Shown here in pieces: positions 29,242 through 42,571 of a stretch of 64,000 bases of DNA (the first letter of the stretch is position 1; every line of letters begins with the position of its first letter). Below the pieces are notes generated by a model that was given only the letters and a program-made list of their open reading frames with translations, was not told where the DNA came from and did no database searches. Source of the stretch: Candidatus Eiseniibacteriota bacterium (GTDB lineage: Bacteria; Eisenbacteria; RBG-16-71-46; SZUA-252); the NCBI GenBank assembly GCA_963703225.1, contig OY969801.1, positions 704,001 through 768,000 on the forward strand, read 5' to 3'. The translations under genes and the position numbers were made by a program.

Positions 29242-30489
29242 ATGGCCGCTTCGCCCCACAAAGCAGAGATCGAGCGCCAGCTCGCGGTGATCCGATCGGG
29301 CGTCGAGGAGCTGATCCCCGAAGCGGAGCTGGTGCAGAAGCTCGAGCGCTCGCTCGCGACCAAGACCCCGCTCCGCGTGAAGCAGGGGTTTGATCCCACC
29401 GCGCCCGACATCCATCTCGGTCATACCATCGGCCTCAGAAAACTTCGTCAATTCCAGGAGATGGGGCATCAGGTCGTGCTCATCGTCGGCGATTTCACCG
29501 CGCTCGTCGGCGATCCCAGCGGTCGATCGCAGACGCGACCCACCCTGACCGACGAAGAGGTCCAGGCCAACGCCAAGACCTACATCGAGCAGTTCTCCAA
29601 GGTCGTCGACCCCAAGCGCACCGAAATCCGCTGGAACGGCGAGTGGCTTCGGAAACTGACGTTCGTCGAGGTGCTCCGCCTCGCCTCGCGGATGACCGTC
29701 GCCCGCATCTTGGAGCGCGACGATTTCGAGAAGCGCCACAAGGCGGGCGAGCCGATCAGCGTCCACGAGCTCCTTTATCCGTTGACCGTTGCGTACGACT
29801 CGGTGGTCATCCGGGCCGACGTCGAGATTGGCGCCACCGAGCAGAAGTACAACCTGCTCACCGGGCGCGACATCCAGAGCGCCTACGGCGTCGAGCCCCA
29901 GGTGATCCTCACGCTCCCCGTACTCGAAGGTACGGATGGCGTACGCCGCATGAGCAAGAGCCTCGGGAACTACATCGGCGTAGCCGAGCCCCCCAAGGAG
30001 ATTTACGGCAAGCTGATGAGCCTTCCCGACGCCCTAATTGAGCGCTATTTCCGGCTCGTAACCGACGCCAGTCCCGCGTTATGCGATGAGGTGGCCCGGG
30101 CGCTCAAGAGCCCCGGCACCAACCCCATGACCTGGAAGAAGGCCCTGGCCAAGAGGATCGTCGGCATGTACCACGGCCCCGACGCCGCGGATCTTGCCCA
30201 GTCCGACTTCGAGAAGCAGTTTTCGCGCCGGGAAGCCCCCAACGAGATGCCCACAATCCGCGTCGCGCCGGGGAAATTCCGGGCCCGCGATCTCATGATG
30301 AAGGCCTTTCCTGGCGAATACACCGGAAACCAAGCGGGGGCCATGTTCAAGCAGGGGGCGGTCTTCGTAAATGGCGAGCGCGTAACGGATTTCGCCTCGG
30401 ACATCGCGCTCGGACCAGGAGCGGGGGAGCAGGTCGAGGTCATCTTCAAGGTGGGGCGAAAGTACGCAAAGGTCGTCGCGGCCAGGTAA
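29242..30489 (+). CDS. tyrS: Tyrosine--tRNA ligase
   Basis: GFDPTAPDIHLGH, GDPSGR, MSKSLGN, S4-like C-terminus. Confidence 0.96.
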   Translation: MAASPHKAEIERQLAVIRSGVEELIPEAELVQKLERSLATKTPLRVKQGFDPTAPDIHLGHTIGLRKLRQFQEMGHQVVLIVGDFTALVGDPSGRSQTRPTLTDEEVQANAKTYIEQFSKVVDPKRTEIRWNGEWLRKLTFVEVLRLASRMTVARILERDDFEKRHKAGEPISVHELLYPLTVAYDSVVIRADVEIGATEQKYNLLTGRDIQSAYGVEPQVILTLPVLEGTDGVRRMSKSLGNYIGVAEPPKEIYGKLMSLPDALIERYFRLVTDASPALCDEVARALKSPGTNPMTWKKALAKRIVGMYHGPDAADLAQSDFEKQFSRREAPNEMPTIRVAPGKFRARDLMMKAFPGEYTGNQAGAMFKQGAVFVNGERVTDFASDIALGPGAGEQVEVIFKVGRKYAKVVAAR

Positions 30490-30538
30490 CTAGCAGCAAA
30501 ATGGTCGCATCCAGCCACTGAAATGTGACCCAAAGGGG

Positions 30539-30567
30539 TTGACAGAGTCCTCCCCGCGGGATATCGT
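30539..30567 (+). promoter_or_regulatory. Sigma70-type promoter (upstream rrn promoter or small-RNA promoter)
   Basis: TTGACA-N17-TATCGT. Confidence 0.7.
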
Positions 30568-30573
30568 TCTGAG

Positions 30574-30649
30574 TTGCGGCCTGTGGAAGAAGCACCCTCA
30601 GTCTCCGCAGACCGACTGCACGGCCTGCCCGCTTCGAGTCGGGTTTTTT
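30574..30649 (+). ncRNA. Candidate small structured RNA with its own terminator
   Basis: Starts just after the promoter; GGCC/GGCC outer stem, GTG-GAAGAAG-CAC hairpin, CAGTC/GACTG stem; ends in CCCG..CGGG plus TTTTTT. Confidence 0.45.
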
Positions 30650-30678
30650 CGGCCTCGTGTTCGCAGGAAGATAAAGCG

Positions 30679-30708
30679 TTGACACGTAGCAGGCGACCGC
30701 AGTAAGTT
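30679..30708 (+). promoter_or_regulatory. rrn promoter
   Basis: TTGACA-N18-TAAGTT. Confidence 0.65.
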
Positions 30709-30752
30709 CAAAGTTCGGCCCTAAAACGGCCAACTCGCGCAAGTCGCGCGCC

Positions 30753-30765
30753 TGATCTTTGACAA
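30753..30765 (+). promoter_or_regulatory. boxA antitermination element (leader)
   Basis: TGATCTTTGACAA; identical copy at 32906-32918. Confidence 0.8.
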
Positions 30766-30901
30766 ACGAATAGCGCACGCTGTGTTGTGGAGCCCTAGAG
30801 GATCCCTCTAGACCTCAGGCCTTCGGGTCTTTGCGTCTAGATGATCTCTTGTAAGAACGTCGGTTCCTGTGAAGGCACCGATTAATTTGGTGTGAAATAT
30901 G

Positions 30902-32470
<1,569 letters not shown>

Positions 32471-32642
32471 GGTGACATTCGGTGAAGGCGCCAATCGAGC
32501 CATTCGACGCCGCGAGATCTTCACGATCGCGCGACGCGCGCCGACATCAAGTCTCCAGGTCGGCTCTAGCGGTCTCCACACACGCGTGCGCTGTTCTGCT
32601 TATTTGGTGGAACGCGCTCTAACAAGTTATTGTAGGAATCAA

Positions 32643-32721
<79 letters not shown>

Positions 32722-32730
32722 ATTTGCTCT

Positions 32731-32806
32731 GGGGATATAGCTCAACTGGGAGAGCGCCGGCTTTGCAAGCCGGAGGTTGCCGGTTCGATCCCGGCTATCT
32801 CCACCA
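32731..32806 (+). tRNA. tRNA-Ala (TGC)
   Basis: GGGGATA/TATCTCC acceptor with G3-U70, TTTGCAA anticodon loop, CCA end. Confidence 0.96.
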
Positions 32807-32905
32807 GAGTCAAGGTCCTGAGTGGTCCGCCGAGAGGCGACCGCTCCTCGAACGATAGATTTCGTAGGATGTGCGCGCCGCGATTCGTCGCGGCGCCGAT
32901 CGACG

Positions 32906-32918
32906 TGATCTTTGACAA
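32906..32918 (+). promoter_or_regulatory. boxA antitermination element (spacer)
   Basis: TGATCTTTGACAA before 23S. Confidence 0.8.
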
Positions 32919-34130
32919 CTGAATATGGGTTGACGGGTAAGGCGAGCCATCGAGCATCTGAATGTTCGGTCAAGCTACTAAGAGCGCATGGTGGATGCCT
33001 TGGCGTCAGAAGGCGATGAAGGACGTGATAAGCTGCGATAAGCTTCGGAGAGGCGCAAATAGCCTGAGACCCGGAGATTTCCGAATGGGGAAACCCGGCA
33101 GGGGTCATGCCCTGTCACGCCCGGCTGAATACATAGTCTTCGGGTGAGCCAACGGGGGGAAGTGAAACATCTCAGTACCCCCAGGAAGAGAAAGCAACCG
33201 CGATTCCCTCAGTAGCGGCGAGCGAACGGGGAATAGCCTAAACCGAGCGGCGCGTTCAAGCCTGCCAGCGTTGCGCCGCCGGTGTCGCGGGGCGTGCTCA
33301 GATCCCGGGCAGCGGGGTCGGAGAGTTAAAAACCAATTCGCTAGTCGAACAGTCTGGGAAGTCTGACCACAGACGGTGAAAGTCCTGTAGACGAAAGTGA
33401 ATTGGCTCTCTCGAGTGCGTACCCAAGTACCGCGGGACACGTGAAATCTTGCGGGAATCCGGGAGGACCACCCTCCAAGGCTAAATACTCTCTGACGACC
33501 GATAGTGAACCAGTACCGTGAGGGAAAGGTGAAAAGGACTCCTGGCGGAGAGTGAAATAGAACCTGAAACCATGTGCTTACAAGCGGTCGGAGGCTTAAC
33601 CGGAGCTTCGGCTCCGGAGCGGCTGACGGCGTGCCTTTTGCATAATGATCCGGCGAGTTACTCGTACGTGGCGAGGTTAAGCGTCTCAGACGCGGAGCCG
33701 TAGCGAAAGCGAGTCCGAAATGGGCGTCTAGTCACGTGTGGTAGACCCGAAGCGGGAGTGATCTAGCCATGGCCAGGATGAAGCGAGTTTAACAGTTCGT
33801 GGAGGTCCGAACCGGTTACCGTTGAAAAGGTATCGGATGAGCTGTGGCTAGGGGTGAAAGGCCAATCAAACCCCGTGATAGCTGGTTCTCCCCGAAATGG
33901 ATTTAGGTCTAGCCTCGCGAAATTGTGTGGCGGGGGTAGAGCACTGATTGGGCTAGGGACCCTACCAGGTTACCAAACCCTTTCAAACTCTGAATACCGT
34001 TCACATGTACCGCGGGAGTAAGGGCGCGAGGGATAAGCTTCGCGACCGAGAGGGGAACAACCCAGACCGTCAGCTAAGGTCCCCAAGTGTGGGCTAAGTG
34101 TATAAGGATGTGGGATCTCGGAGACAACCA

Positions 34131-34162
<32 letters not shown>

Positions 34163-34983
34163 GAGTGCGTAATTGCTCACTGGTCAAGTAATCCTGCGCC
34201 GATAATGTCCGGGACTCAAGTCCACCACCGAAGCTGCGGGTGTGCGATGCCTTCGGGCGTCGTACGCGGTAGGGGAGCGTTCTGTTGTAGGATGAAGCGG
34301 AACTGTAAGGTTCCGTCGACGAACCAGAAGTGATTATGCCGGAACGAGTAGCGAGAAACCAGGCGAGAAACCTGTTCACCGAAAACCTAAGGTTTCCTGA
34401 GGAAGGTTAATCCGCTCAGGGTTAGTCGGGCCCTTAGCCGAGGCCGAAAGGCGTAGGCGATGGAAAACAGGCAAACATTCCTGTACCGGTCCGCAGACGA
34501 TCAAGACGCTAAGGGGTTACGCAGAAGTGAAAGACCAGCCCACGATCGGAAGTGTGGGTCTAAGCCCGTAGGAGGATCCCGCAGGCAAATCCGCGGGGTC
34601 ACGACTCCGAGAGGTGATGGGGAGTGCGAAAGCACACAAACTGGTCCTAATCAGGCTGCCGAGAAACACCTCTACGCGAGTCTGCGGGTCGTCCGTACCG
34701 CAAACCGACACAGGTAGGTGGGGTGAGTATCCTAAGGTGCTCGAGTGAGTCTTGCAGAAGGAACTCGGCAAAATAGCCCCGTAACTTCGGAAGAAGGGGT
34801 ACCCCTAGTAGGTGAAGGACTACGCGTCTGGAGCTGAACGGGGCCGCAGTGAAAGGGGTCAAGCGACTGTTTACCAAAAACACATGTCTCTGCTAAGCCG
34901 AAGAGGCGACGTATAGGGACTGACACCTGCCCGGTGCCGGAAGGTTAAAGGGCGTGGTCAGCCGCAAGGCGAAGCCGCAAACT

Positions 34984-35288
<305 letters not shown>

Positions 35289-35291
<3 letters not shown>

Positions 35292-35897
35292 AACGGTCCT
35301 AAGGTTAGTCATACGCTAGCTTTAGTAAAACCGGACCATATGCGGGAATATCCTCTCACAGCCGATCTGTACTCGTCCGCGGTAGCGGACAGTAAAAATC
35401 AGACGGACACGGGGACAATCCGCAGGGAAGGCCCTCTTTGCAGAGGGAACCCTCAGAGACTTTACGTCCGGGATCTTCCAGCGAAGCTAGACGCTGGATG
35501 GGTAACAGGCTTCGTGGACGGTGAAGGCTGCTTCCATGTCGGCATCAATCGTCACTCCGACATGCGTTGCGGATATCAGGTCCTACCTGAATTCACCGTC
35601 GTGCAACACGAACGCGATGTGGAGCTCCTTCGAAGAATCCGTGATTTCTTCAGCTGTGGCGTCGTGCGAACGAACCACGGCAACCGCTGGGCCTACCGGG
35701 TCCGCGGTTTGAAGGATCTTGCGCGTCACATCGTCCCATTCTTCGTCATGCACCCGTTGAAGTCGGAGAAGCACGTGGATTTCGAGAAGTTCAGTCTCGT
35801 GCTTCGAATGATGGAAGCGGGCGATCATCTCACCGTAGAAGGCGTCGAACGAATTCGCGCCCTCGCGGCGACGATGAATCGAGGAAGATCAAGATAA
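35289..35897 (+). CDS. Single-motif LAGLIDADG homing endonuclease (start uncertain: 35289, 35340 or 35145)
   Basis: [42 protein letters not shown]; stop TAA lies inside the intron S element. Confidence 0.9.
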
Positions 35898-35932
35898 AGT
35901 CCAGCCCCCTGGGAAACCTTGGGGACCAACTG
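35306..35932 (+). mobile_element. Group I intron at 23S site L1931 (627 nt) with homing endonuclease in the P8 region
   Basis: Follows exon U, ends in G; IGS GCTTTAG (35319-35325) pairs with CTAAGGT; P10 CGCT/AGCG; P3 CCGGAC/GTCCGG; P ATATGCGGGAA, Q AATCCGCAGG, R TCAGAGACTTTAC, S AAGATAAAGTCC. Confidence 0.94.
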
Positions 35933-35985
<53 letters not shown>

Positions 35986-36233
35986 GACCGCTGTCTCCTG
36001 CAAGAGCTCGGCGAAACTGTAGCAGCGGTGAAGATGCCGCTTACCCGCGACTGGACAGAAAGACCCCGTGCACCTTTACTGTACCCTGGTATTGGGTTTT
36101 GACACCGCATGTGTAGGATAGGTGGGAGGCTATGAAGCGGGAGCGCTAGCTCTCGTGGAGCCAACCTTGAAATACCACCCTTGTGATGTCGGAATTCTAA
36201 CCTCGCGCCGTGAATCCGGCCGAGGAACATTGC

Positions 36234-36266
<33 letters not shown>

Positions 36267-36426
36267 CAAAGAGTAACGGAGGCGTGCAAAGGTTCCCTCA
36301 GTGCGGTTGGTAATCGCGCGTGGAGTGCATTGGCATAAGGGAGCTTGACTGCGAGACCAACAAGTCGAGCAGGTGCGAAAGCAGGCCAAAGTGATCCGGT
36401 GGTTCTGAGTGGAAGGGCCATCGCTT

Positions 36427-36464
<38 letters not shown>

Positions 36465-36489
36465 CGCCCGAGAGTTCACATCGACGGCG

Positions 36490-36576
<87 letters not shown>

Positions 36577-36577
36577 T

Positions 36578-36624
<47 letters not shown>

Positions 36625-36999
36625 GGGCGCAGGATATTTGAGGGGAGCTGGCCCTAGTACGAGAGGACCGGGTCGGACGGACCTCTAGTGTACCGGTTAT
36701 CGTGCCAACGGTATCGCCGGGTAGCTATGTCCGGATGAGATAAGCGCTGAAAGCATCTAAGCGCGAAACTCGCCCCAAGATGAGATATCCCCCAGCACAA
36801 GCTGGCTAAAGGACCCTCGGAGATGACGAGGTTGATAGGCCGGAGGTGTAAGCACAGCAATGTGTTCAGCCGACCGGTACTAATCGTCCGTGCGGCTTGA
36901 TCGGACTTTCAGTTGTCAGATGGTTCGCTAACCGTCAACTCGTATCGGTTGTTCTTGATTCGGGCGTTGCGCCGGAGACGGCGCGCGTCGGCAGGAACT

Positions 37000-37117
<118 letters not shown>

Positions 37118-37126
37118 GTAATTGAG

Positions 37127-37163
37127 ACGGCCCCTCGCGAAAGCGGGGGGCCGTTCTTGTTTT
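37127..37163 (+). terminator. rrn terminator
   Basis: ACGGCCCCTCGC-GAAA-GCGGGGGGCCGT followed by TCTTGTTTT. Confidence 0.85.
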
Positions 37164-37201
37164 CGGCGGACCCGCTCTTCGGCGGATCGCACTTCCGGGC
37201 G

Positions 37202-37618
37202 TTAAGGCGGCGGCACCGGAGGTGGGGGCAGAGGAATCGATGCTTGGGCAAACACGTATCGCCAGCCGGCCGGTGTACGTAGATAGATGTCGCTGAACCA
37301 AAGCTTGTAGTCGAACGCCTTGCCCGCTTCCGTGCCCTTCGCCCACAAGAGAGCCGTTATCACCGCCGTATCGCCCCAAACGCGAACGGTCTGCTGGCTA
37401 TCCTCCTGACGCTCGTAGACAAATCGCTTGCCGCGCGCCTCATTCAGCAAATCAGGCTTCGTGAGGATCTTGCCGCGACCCGTCACCAGCACGAAGTCGT
37501 CGGCCAAGATGCGATCCATCGTGGCGACATCGTTCGCTTTGACTGCCGCCTGGTACTCGGTGTCGAGTGCGGCGACCAGTCGAGCATCGTTGGTGGAGAC
37601 CGCTGCCTCGGTCTTCAT
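37202..37618 (-). CDS. NTF2-like (DUF4440/SnoaL-type) protein
   Basis: GGAGG SD; RILADDFVLVTGRG, VRVWGDTAV, WRYVFAQAS. Confidence 0.8.
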   Translation of the reverse strand: MKTEAAVSTNDARLVAALDTEYQAAVKANDVATMDRILADDFVLVTGRGKILTKPDLLNEARGKRFVYERQEDSQQTVRVWGDTAVITALLWAKGTEAGKAFDYKLWFSDIYLRTPAGWRYVFAQASIPLPPPPVPPP

Positions 37619-37684
37619 TCAATCCCTCCACGCAGGGCCGGCTCTACAAATTCGGACCGTCGGCGGTCGGGGCAGCCGTCGACG

Positions 37685-38467
37685 CTAGTCTTTGCAACCA
37701 CCGAGACACAAGAACTGCGGGGTAAACAGCATGGCGCCGAGCTCAATCCCGGCGCCGTTGTCGCCGTGCAACTCATCACCATAGGTGAGCGCGAGGACGA
37801 CATGCTGATTCGGCTCCCATCGCAAGCCCATCTTGTATTCGGGGATGGTCTCCGCCTCACCGGCGGCACCGAATACCTCCCCGACGATCGAAGCCGTTGG
37901 CCCCAAGGCGTACCAGGCCAGGCGGGTTGAGTAGGTGAAGGCTGACGCCGCTCGCTCGTCTCCCCCGTAGTCCCGGGTCACGCTGGCCCCCGGCATGATG
38001 TCCCAGGACAACTTGTTGTCGAACAGGGGAAACGTCGTGGGCGCGTTCATCCAGTAGGTCTGAAACGCATCCTGGAGCCCGACGGTAGCCAGATAACCTG
38101 GGTCGATTCCCGTACCGGCCTTGACCGCGAAGCCACCGGTCTTCGCCTTGTTCTCGTAGAACATGTACTTTGCGTAGAACGTCGTCGAGTACCCATCGTT
38201 GGTCTTCTTGTCGGCATCGCCGTTGTAGATATAGGCGGCAGCCGTAAACTCCCATCTGGGGAAGAGCGAGAAGGTATTCATGAAGATGGAGTTTCGTTCC
38301 CCGACGGTCAAGATGATGGTCGCCATACCGTGGGGCTTGGAGAGGTAGCTGTCGGAATTGAACTGCTGGGCCTGGGCTTGCTTGCCACACAACACGGTGA
38401 GCCAGACCAGTGGGAGAAGCAGGAGAGTGAATCCTCTTACAGCACGACCCCATTTCGCCCCGTGCAT
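37685..38467 (-). CDS. Exported hypothetical protein, probable outer-membrane beta-barrel
   Basis: Signal peptide ending AQA; amphipathic, aromatic-rich beta-strand pattern. Confidence 0.6.
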   Translation of the reverse strand: MHGAKWGRAVRGFTLLLLPLVWLTVLCGKQAQAQQFNSDSYLSKPHGMATIILTVGERNSIFMNTFSLFPRWEFTAAAYIYNGDADKKTNDGYSTTFYAKYMFYENKAKTGGFAVKAGTGIDPGYLATVGLQDAFQTYWMNAPTTFPLFDNKLSWDIMPGASVTRDYGGDERAASAFTYSTRLAWYALGPTASIVGEVFGAAGEAETIPEYKMGLRWEPNQHVVLALTYGDELHGDNGAGIELGAMLFTPQFLCLGGCKD

Positions 38468-38551
38468 AACGTAGCTTGAACCTCGCGCAGTTACCGCCGC
38501 AAGTCAAAACTGCCCGTGTCGGGCCTGTAGCAAGCTGCGCGTAATCGAGAA

Positions 38552-38577
38552 GGCCCCCTCGGGAAACCGAGGGGGCC
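38552..38577. terminator. Strong hairpin, probable terminator of the 64-aa gene
   Basis: GGCCCCCTCGG-GAAA-CCGAGGGGGCC perfect 11-bp stem. Confidence 0.7.
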
Positions 38578-38609
38578 CTCTGTTTGGCTCGGCGCTTGGC
38601 CGCGGAGAT

Positions 38610-38804
38610 CTATCCGATGATTTGGTTCAGGGCGTGAAACGCCTCCTCCCAGGACTCAGCCTCGGCGATCGGAAGCTCCAAAGACGCGAACCCGACGCAG
38701 TAGAGACTGATGGTTCGGGAGACGCGTCCGACCGCGACCGCCTCGGTCACCCAGACCGAGAGCCCCAGCCCGCGCGCGCGTGCCTCCGCCTCTTTTCTCG
38801 TCAT
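38610..38804 (-). CDS. Small hypothetical protein (64 aa)
   Basis: AGGAGGTGA SD, upstream sigma54-like promoter, downstream hairpin. Confidence 0.6.
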   Translation of the reverse strand: MTRKEAEARARGLGLSVWVTEAVAVGRVSRTISLYCVGFASLELPIAEAESWEEAFHALNQIIG

Positions 38805-38836
38805 GGCTTCTGCTCACCTCCTGTAGGGAGGTAAGG

Positions 38837-38852
38837 AGCAGACGCCGTGCCA
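38837..38852 (-). promoter_or_regulatory. Sigma54 (-24/-12) promoter candidate
   Basis: TGGCACGGCGTCTGCT (GG-N10-GC) on minus strand. Confidence 0.6.
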
Positions 38853-39055
38853 TCCCTCGGGGGATGCCCCTAAGGCATTGGTGCATGGCCTGGATCGCCG
38901 GTGACCAAGTCGGCAGGATCTCCGGGGACAGGTCCACTTTGGCACACAAATTTGTCACACTGTGGCGTTCAGGCACCACAAATTGGGAGGGCCTGCTCAC
39001 GCATAGGGGTGGGCCCGCCACGCCTTGGGCGGGTCGCTCAGTGCGCGCGGGGCCC

Positions 39056-41190
39056 TTACTCAATCATCGGCCCGGCGGGCTCCTGGATGCCGTTGAGCGT
39101 GCGACACGCCTTGAAGAGGTCGCCGGTCTTGTAGAAGTCGACCGCGATCAAGTTGGGTACCATGCCACGCTCGCGGATGCAGGCGCGCCCTCGTTTCACA
39201 AGGAAGTCGTAGGCGTTCACCGGCTCCGCCTTGGTTGGGACCGGGGGAACGGATTCGATGAAGTTGTTCATCAGGAGCAGCGACCCCGTCCTTCCCACCG
39301 CGATTGGGTTCGTTCGAGAACTCCTCGGGCGTCTTGAACTTGTACGGCGTCTCCTGGAGGATCCCGATCATGTGGTGGTACCAGGGCACGCCCTCGGCGT
39401 TGTTCTCCGCCATCACCACGATCCGCTCGTTCCGAGCCACCATCTCGCCGAGCGTGGGCCACGGGGCGACGACCGGCCCACGATAAACGAAGTCCAACAG
39501 GCCGCTCTTCTCGAAGCACAAGGCTACGTCTGCGGGCGTGACCCCCTCGTCCTGAATCACGATGATGAGCACTTCGTTCGGATTCAGGACGAGAAACTCC
39601 TTGATCGCTTCGAGCGCCGTCACAAACTTCGTCGAACCCAGCTCACAAAAGCCGTGGGCCATGTAGACGTCCTTAGGTCCTTCCGGGTTCCCCACAAGGC
39701 GATCCCGGATTCGCATGGCCGCGTCGACGCCGTCCTTCCCGACGACCTCCTCGTACTTCACTCGGGCGTTCGCCTCGTCGTCGATCAAGGTCTTGATTCG
39801 CCCCTTCACCGGCTCGCCGTAATGAACGTCGATCAGCAATCCCCGGACTCCGTCCTCCAGCTGCTGGCGTATGCCCTTCTCCTGGTTCGGCATGTACCAA
39901 TCGGAAATATCCGCGGACGCCATCGAATTGTGTGTTGTCGGGAACACGACCTTGTTGAGCCGGCGATCGCGCAGCTCGGGGTAGCCGTTGCACGCAAGAA
40001 TCGCTGTGGGGCCCACGGCGGCCGCCTTGGGCTCGGGGCCCCGCACGAGCCAGAGCACTGCTCCCACGCTGAGGATCAGGACGAGCCCGATGCCGACGAA
40101 GGCCGGAACGGCCGATGACCGCCGCTTCTTCTCGACCACCTTACCGAGATGACTGCGTCTCGCGGCCCGTGCCGCGGTGACAAAGACGTCCTGAATCCCG
40201 ATGAAAAAGGCGAGTGCCGCGATGGCCACCGCGCCTGCCGCCACGACCTTGACGGGGTAGAGCATGACGATCACGGCGATCGTGGCCACGGCGAGCCCGC
40301 GCACGATAATCCAGGCGGGGTTGGCCGGCCGCTTCGTCGCAATGCCCCAGAGTCTCCTCGCGAGCGAGGCGGTCTCGATCTTCTCGAGAAGGGTCGTCAC
40401 GGCGGCGACGAGGATCACCCCCAATGCCGCCAGCACCAGCATGCGGAGCGCGAGCGGTGCGAGGAAGACCAGCCAGGACCCCGTGATGATGTCGGAGAGG
40501 ACCGGAGAGCGGGTCAAGCCGGCGACGACGTACCCGCCGAAGCGCGCGATCGCGGCGAGGAGGAGCGCGACGATTGTGAGGCCGAGTCCGACGCGCAAGA
40601 GATAGAGATCCTTGCGCCGCGTGAGAACCAGGCCCAAGGCGCCCAGGAGGATTCCTAGCGTGGGCCAGACGATCGCCCGTCGCTGCATGTTGTGTCCAAA
40701 ATGCAGCACCCGGAGCAAGTTCCTTCCTAGGGGCTGCGTCTCGGTGGCGCCGAGCACCAGCTGGGCCTGCGCGGGGACCTTCTCGGCAATTTGAGGATAG
40801 AGGGCGAGGGCGTTCTGGACGATGAGCCCGAGGTCCTGGACCGCGAGAGTGAGCGATTCCCCGTGGGTGATCAGGGCCGGATGGACCTTCTTGGCGGCGA
40901 GCTTGATCATCGCGCGAAATGGAGGCGACGTGACGACGCGCTCCACGACACTCAGGATGACCGGGACGGTAGGGTGTGAGATCGCGGCGCATGGCCACGA
41001 TCTGGTCGGTGACCTGATTGGCGACGACCCGCGAGATGTGTGGTTCCGCGAGGCTCTCGGAGACCCGCGTCGCGAACATTTCTTCGTCGAAGAGGGTACG
41101 GGAGGTGTAGATCGAGATCGTTCCGCCCACGATCCCGACGACGAAGAGGATTCCACATGTGACTGCGGTCACACTTCGAAGGCGATTCAC
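39056..41190 (-). CDS. Multi-pass membrane protein with C-terminal PI-PLC X-like phosphodiesterase domain; frameshifts near 40975 and 39280
   Basis: FPTTHNS, QLEDGVRGLLIDVH, HGFCELG, NPNEVL, PNLIAVDFY; several TM segments N-terminally. Confidence 0.75.
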
Positions 41191-41266
41191 TACGGTGGCG
41201 CCCTCCCCCTGCAGGGGTGCTAGACTTCCGCGGACACGGCGAAGGCTACATCAATAAGGCACCTAT

Positions 41267-42499
41267 TTGCAGATGATTATGGCATATTCCTCCAATCTGG
41301 GAGTTGCGCTTCGGCGGAGCGCTCCGCAAAGATCCGAGGCAGGGATGGGGGGCAAAGGAATGACCCGAACGCCGTTGTGCCCAGCGTGTTCTCAGGAGCG
41401 GAGCGCGCGGGGATGGTTCCTTCTCATCGCCGTGTGCATCGTCACGGGCCTCATGGCGACGCACCCGGGCGCGCTGGCCCAGCCCTCGGACGCTCCCGGA
41501 GCGCCGGCCGCGAAGTACGAATTCAATGACTCTCACTTCCACCTGACGAACTACATTCAAGAAGGCATCACGCCGCGGCAATTCCTCAAGATCATGGGCA
41601 CGCGGGTCGGGCGCTCGACCCTATTCGGCATCCCGCTCCAGCAACAATGGTCCTACCGCATCTCCGACAGCCTGGCGCCGACCTACTATCTCGATACGGA
41701 CGCGAGGCTCTACTACTACTCCTTCACCGATGCGGCGATCGCGATGGCCTACAAGTCGCTGACGAAGGCCGAGCAGGCCCGGTTCGATCCGATGATCACT
41801 GGCTTCAATCCCACCGACATGTACGCCGCGGACCACATCCGCCGGGTGCTCCAGACCTTTCCAGGTGTCTTCTCGGGCATCGGGGAGTTCACCATACACA
41901 AGGAGTTCGTTTCACCCAAGATCGCGGGGGACGTCGCAAGCCTCACCGATCCGGCGCTGGACCGTCTCCTCGACTTCGCGGCCGAGGTCGGGCTGGTGGT
42001 TCTGATCCACAACGACGTGGACCGGCCGTTTCCGCGCGGAGGGGATCCTCCCGTGTTTCTTCAGCAGTTCAAGGAGCTCCTCAAGCGGCACCCCAAGAAC
42101 ACGATCATCTGGGCCCATGTGGGGCTGGGGCGGATCGTCCATCCCGTGCTGTCCCACATCGCGATGCTGGAGTCGATCCTCGAAGACCCCGTCTGCAGCC
42201 ACGTGATGTTCGACATCTCGTGGGACGAGGTGGCCAAGTACGTCGTCTCAACCCCTGAGGCCACCCAGCGTACCGCGGACATGATCAATAAGTATCCAGA
42301 CCGCTTCCTCTTCGGGACCGATACCGTCGCGCCCAAGGACGCGCAAGCATATTACGGCGTCTACGAGATGTATCAGCCGCTTTGGAAGCTGCTGACTCCC
42401 GACGCGAGAGCAAAGGTACTGAGGAAGAACTACGAGCGGATCTTTGACGAGGGAAGGAGAAACGCGCGCGCCTGGGAGAAGGCGCATCCGAGTCAATGA
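41267..42499 (+). CDS. Exported amidohydrolase-family (metal-dependent TIM barrel) protein; start may be 41360
   Basis: Signal-like segment ending ALA; DSHFH, GIGEF, LIHND, WAH, DISW, DRFLFGTD. Confidence 0.8.
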   Translation: MQMIMAYSSNLGVALRRSAPQRSEAGMGGKGMTRTPLCPACSQERSARGWFLLIAVCIVTGLMATHPGALAQPSDAPGAPAAKYEFNDSHFHLTNYIQEGITPRQFLKIMGTRVGRSTLFGIPLQQQWSYRISDSLAPTYYLDTDARLYYYSFTDAAIAMAYKSLTKAEQARFDPMITGFNPTDMYAADHIRRVLQTFPGVFSGIGEFTIHKEFVSPKIAGDVASLTDPALDRLLDFAAEVGLVVLIHNDVDRPFPRGGDPPVFLQQFKELLKRHPKNTIIWAHVGLGRIVHPVLSHIAMLESILEDPVCSHVMFDISWDEVAKYVVSTPEATQRTADMINKYPDRFLFGTDTVAPKDAQAYYGVYEMYQPLWKLLTPDARAKVLRKNYERIFDEGRRNARAWEKAHPSQ

Positions 42500-42571
42500 G
42501 CATGGAAGGCGCTGGAGGAACGGAGGGAGGAACGAAGTATGAAGACTTCGCTTGAAGCCAAGGAGGGTGGA

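Noticed and set aside
41257..41271. Sigma54-like AGGCACCTATTTGCA upstream of the amidohydrolase operon
   Set aside because: GG-to-GC spacing is 9 nt, not the required 10; it would be valid only if a base is missing by error.
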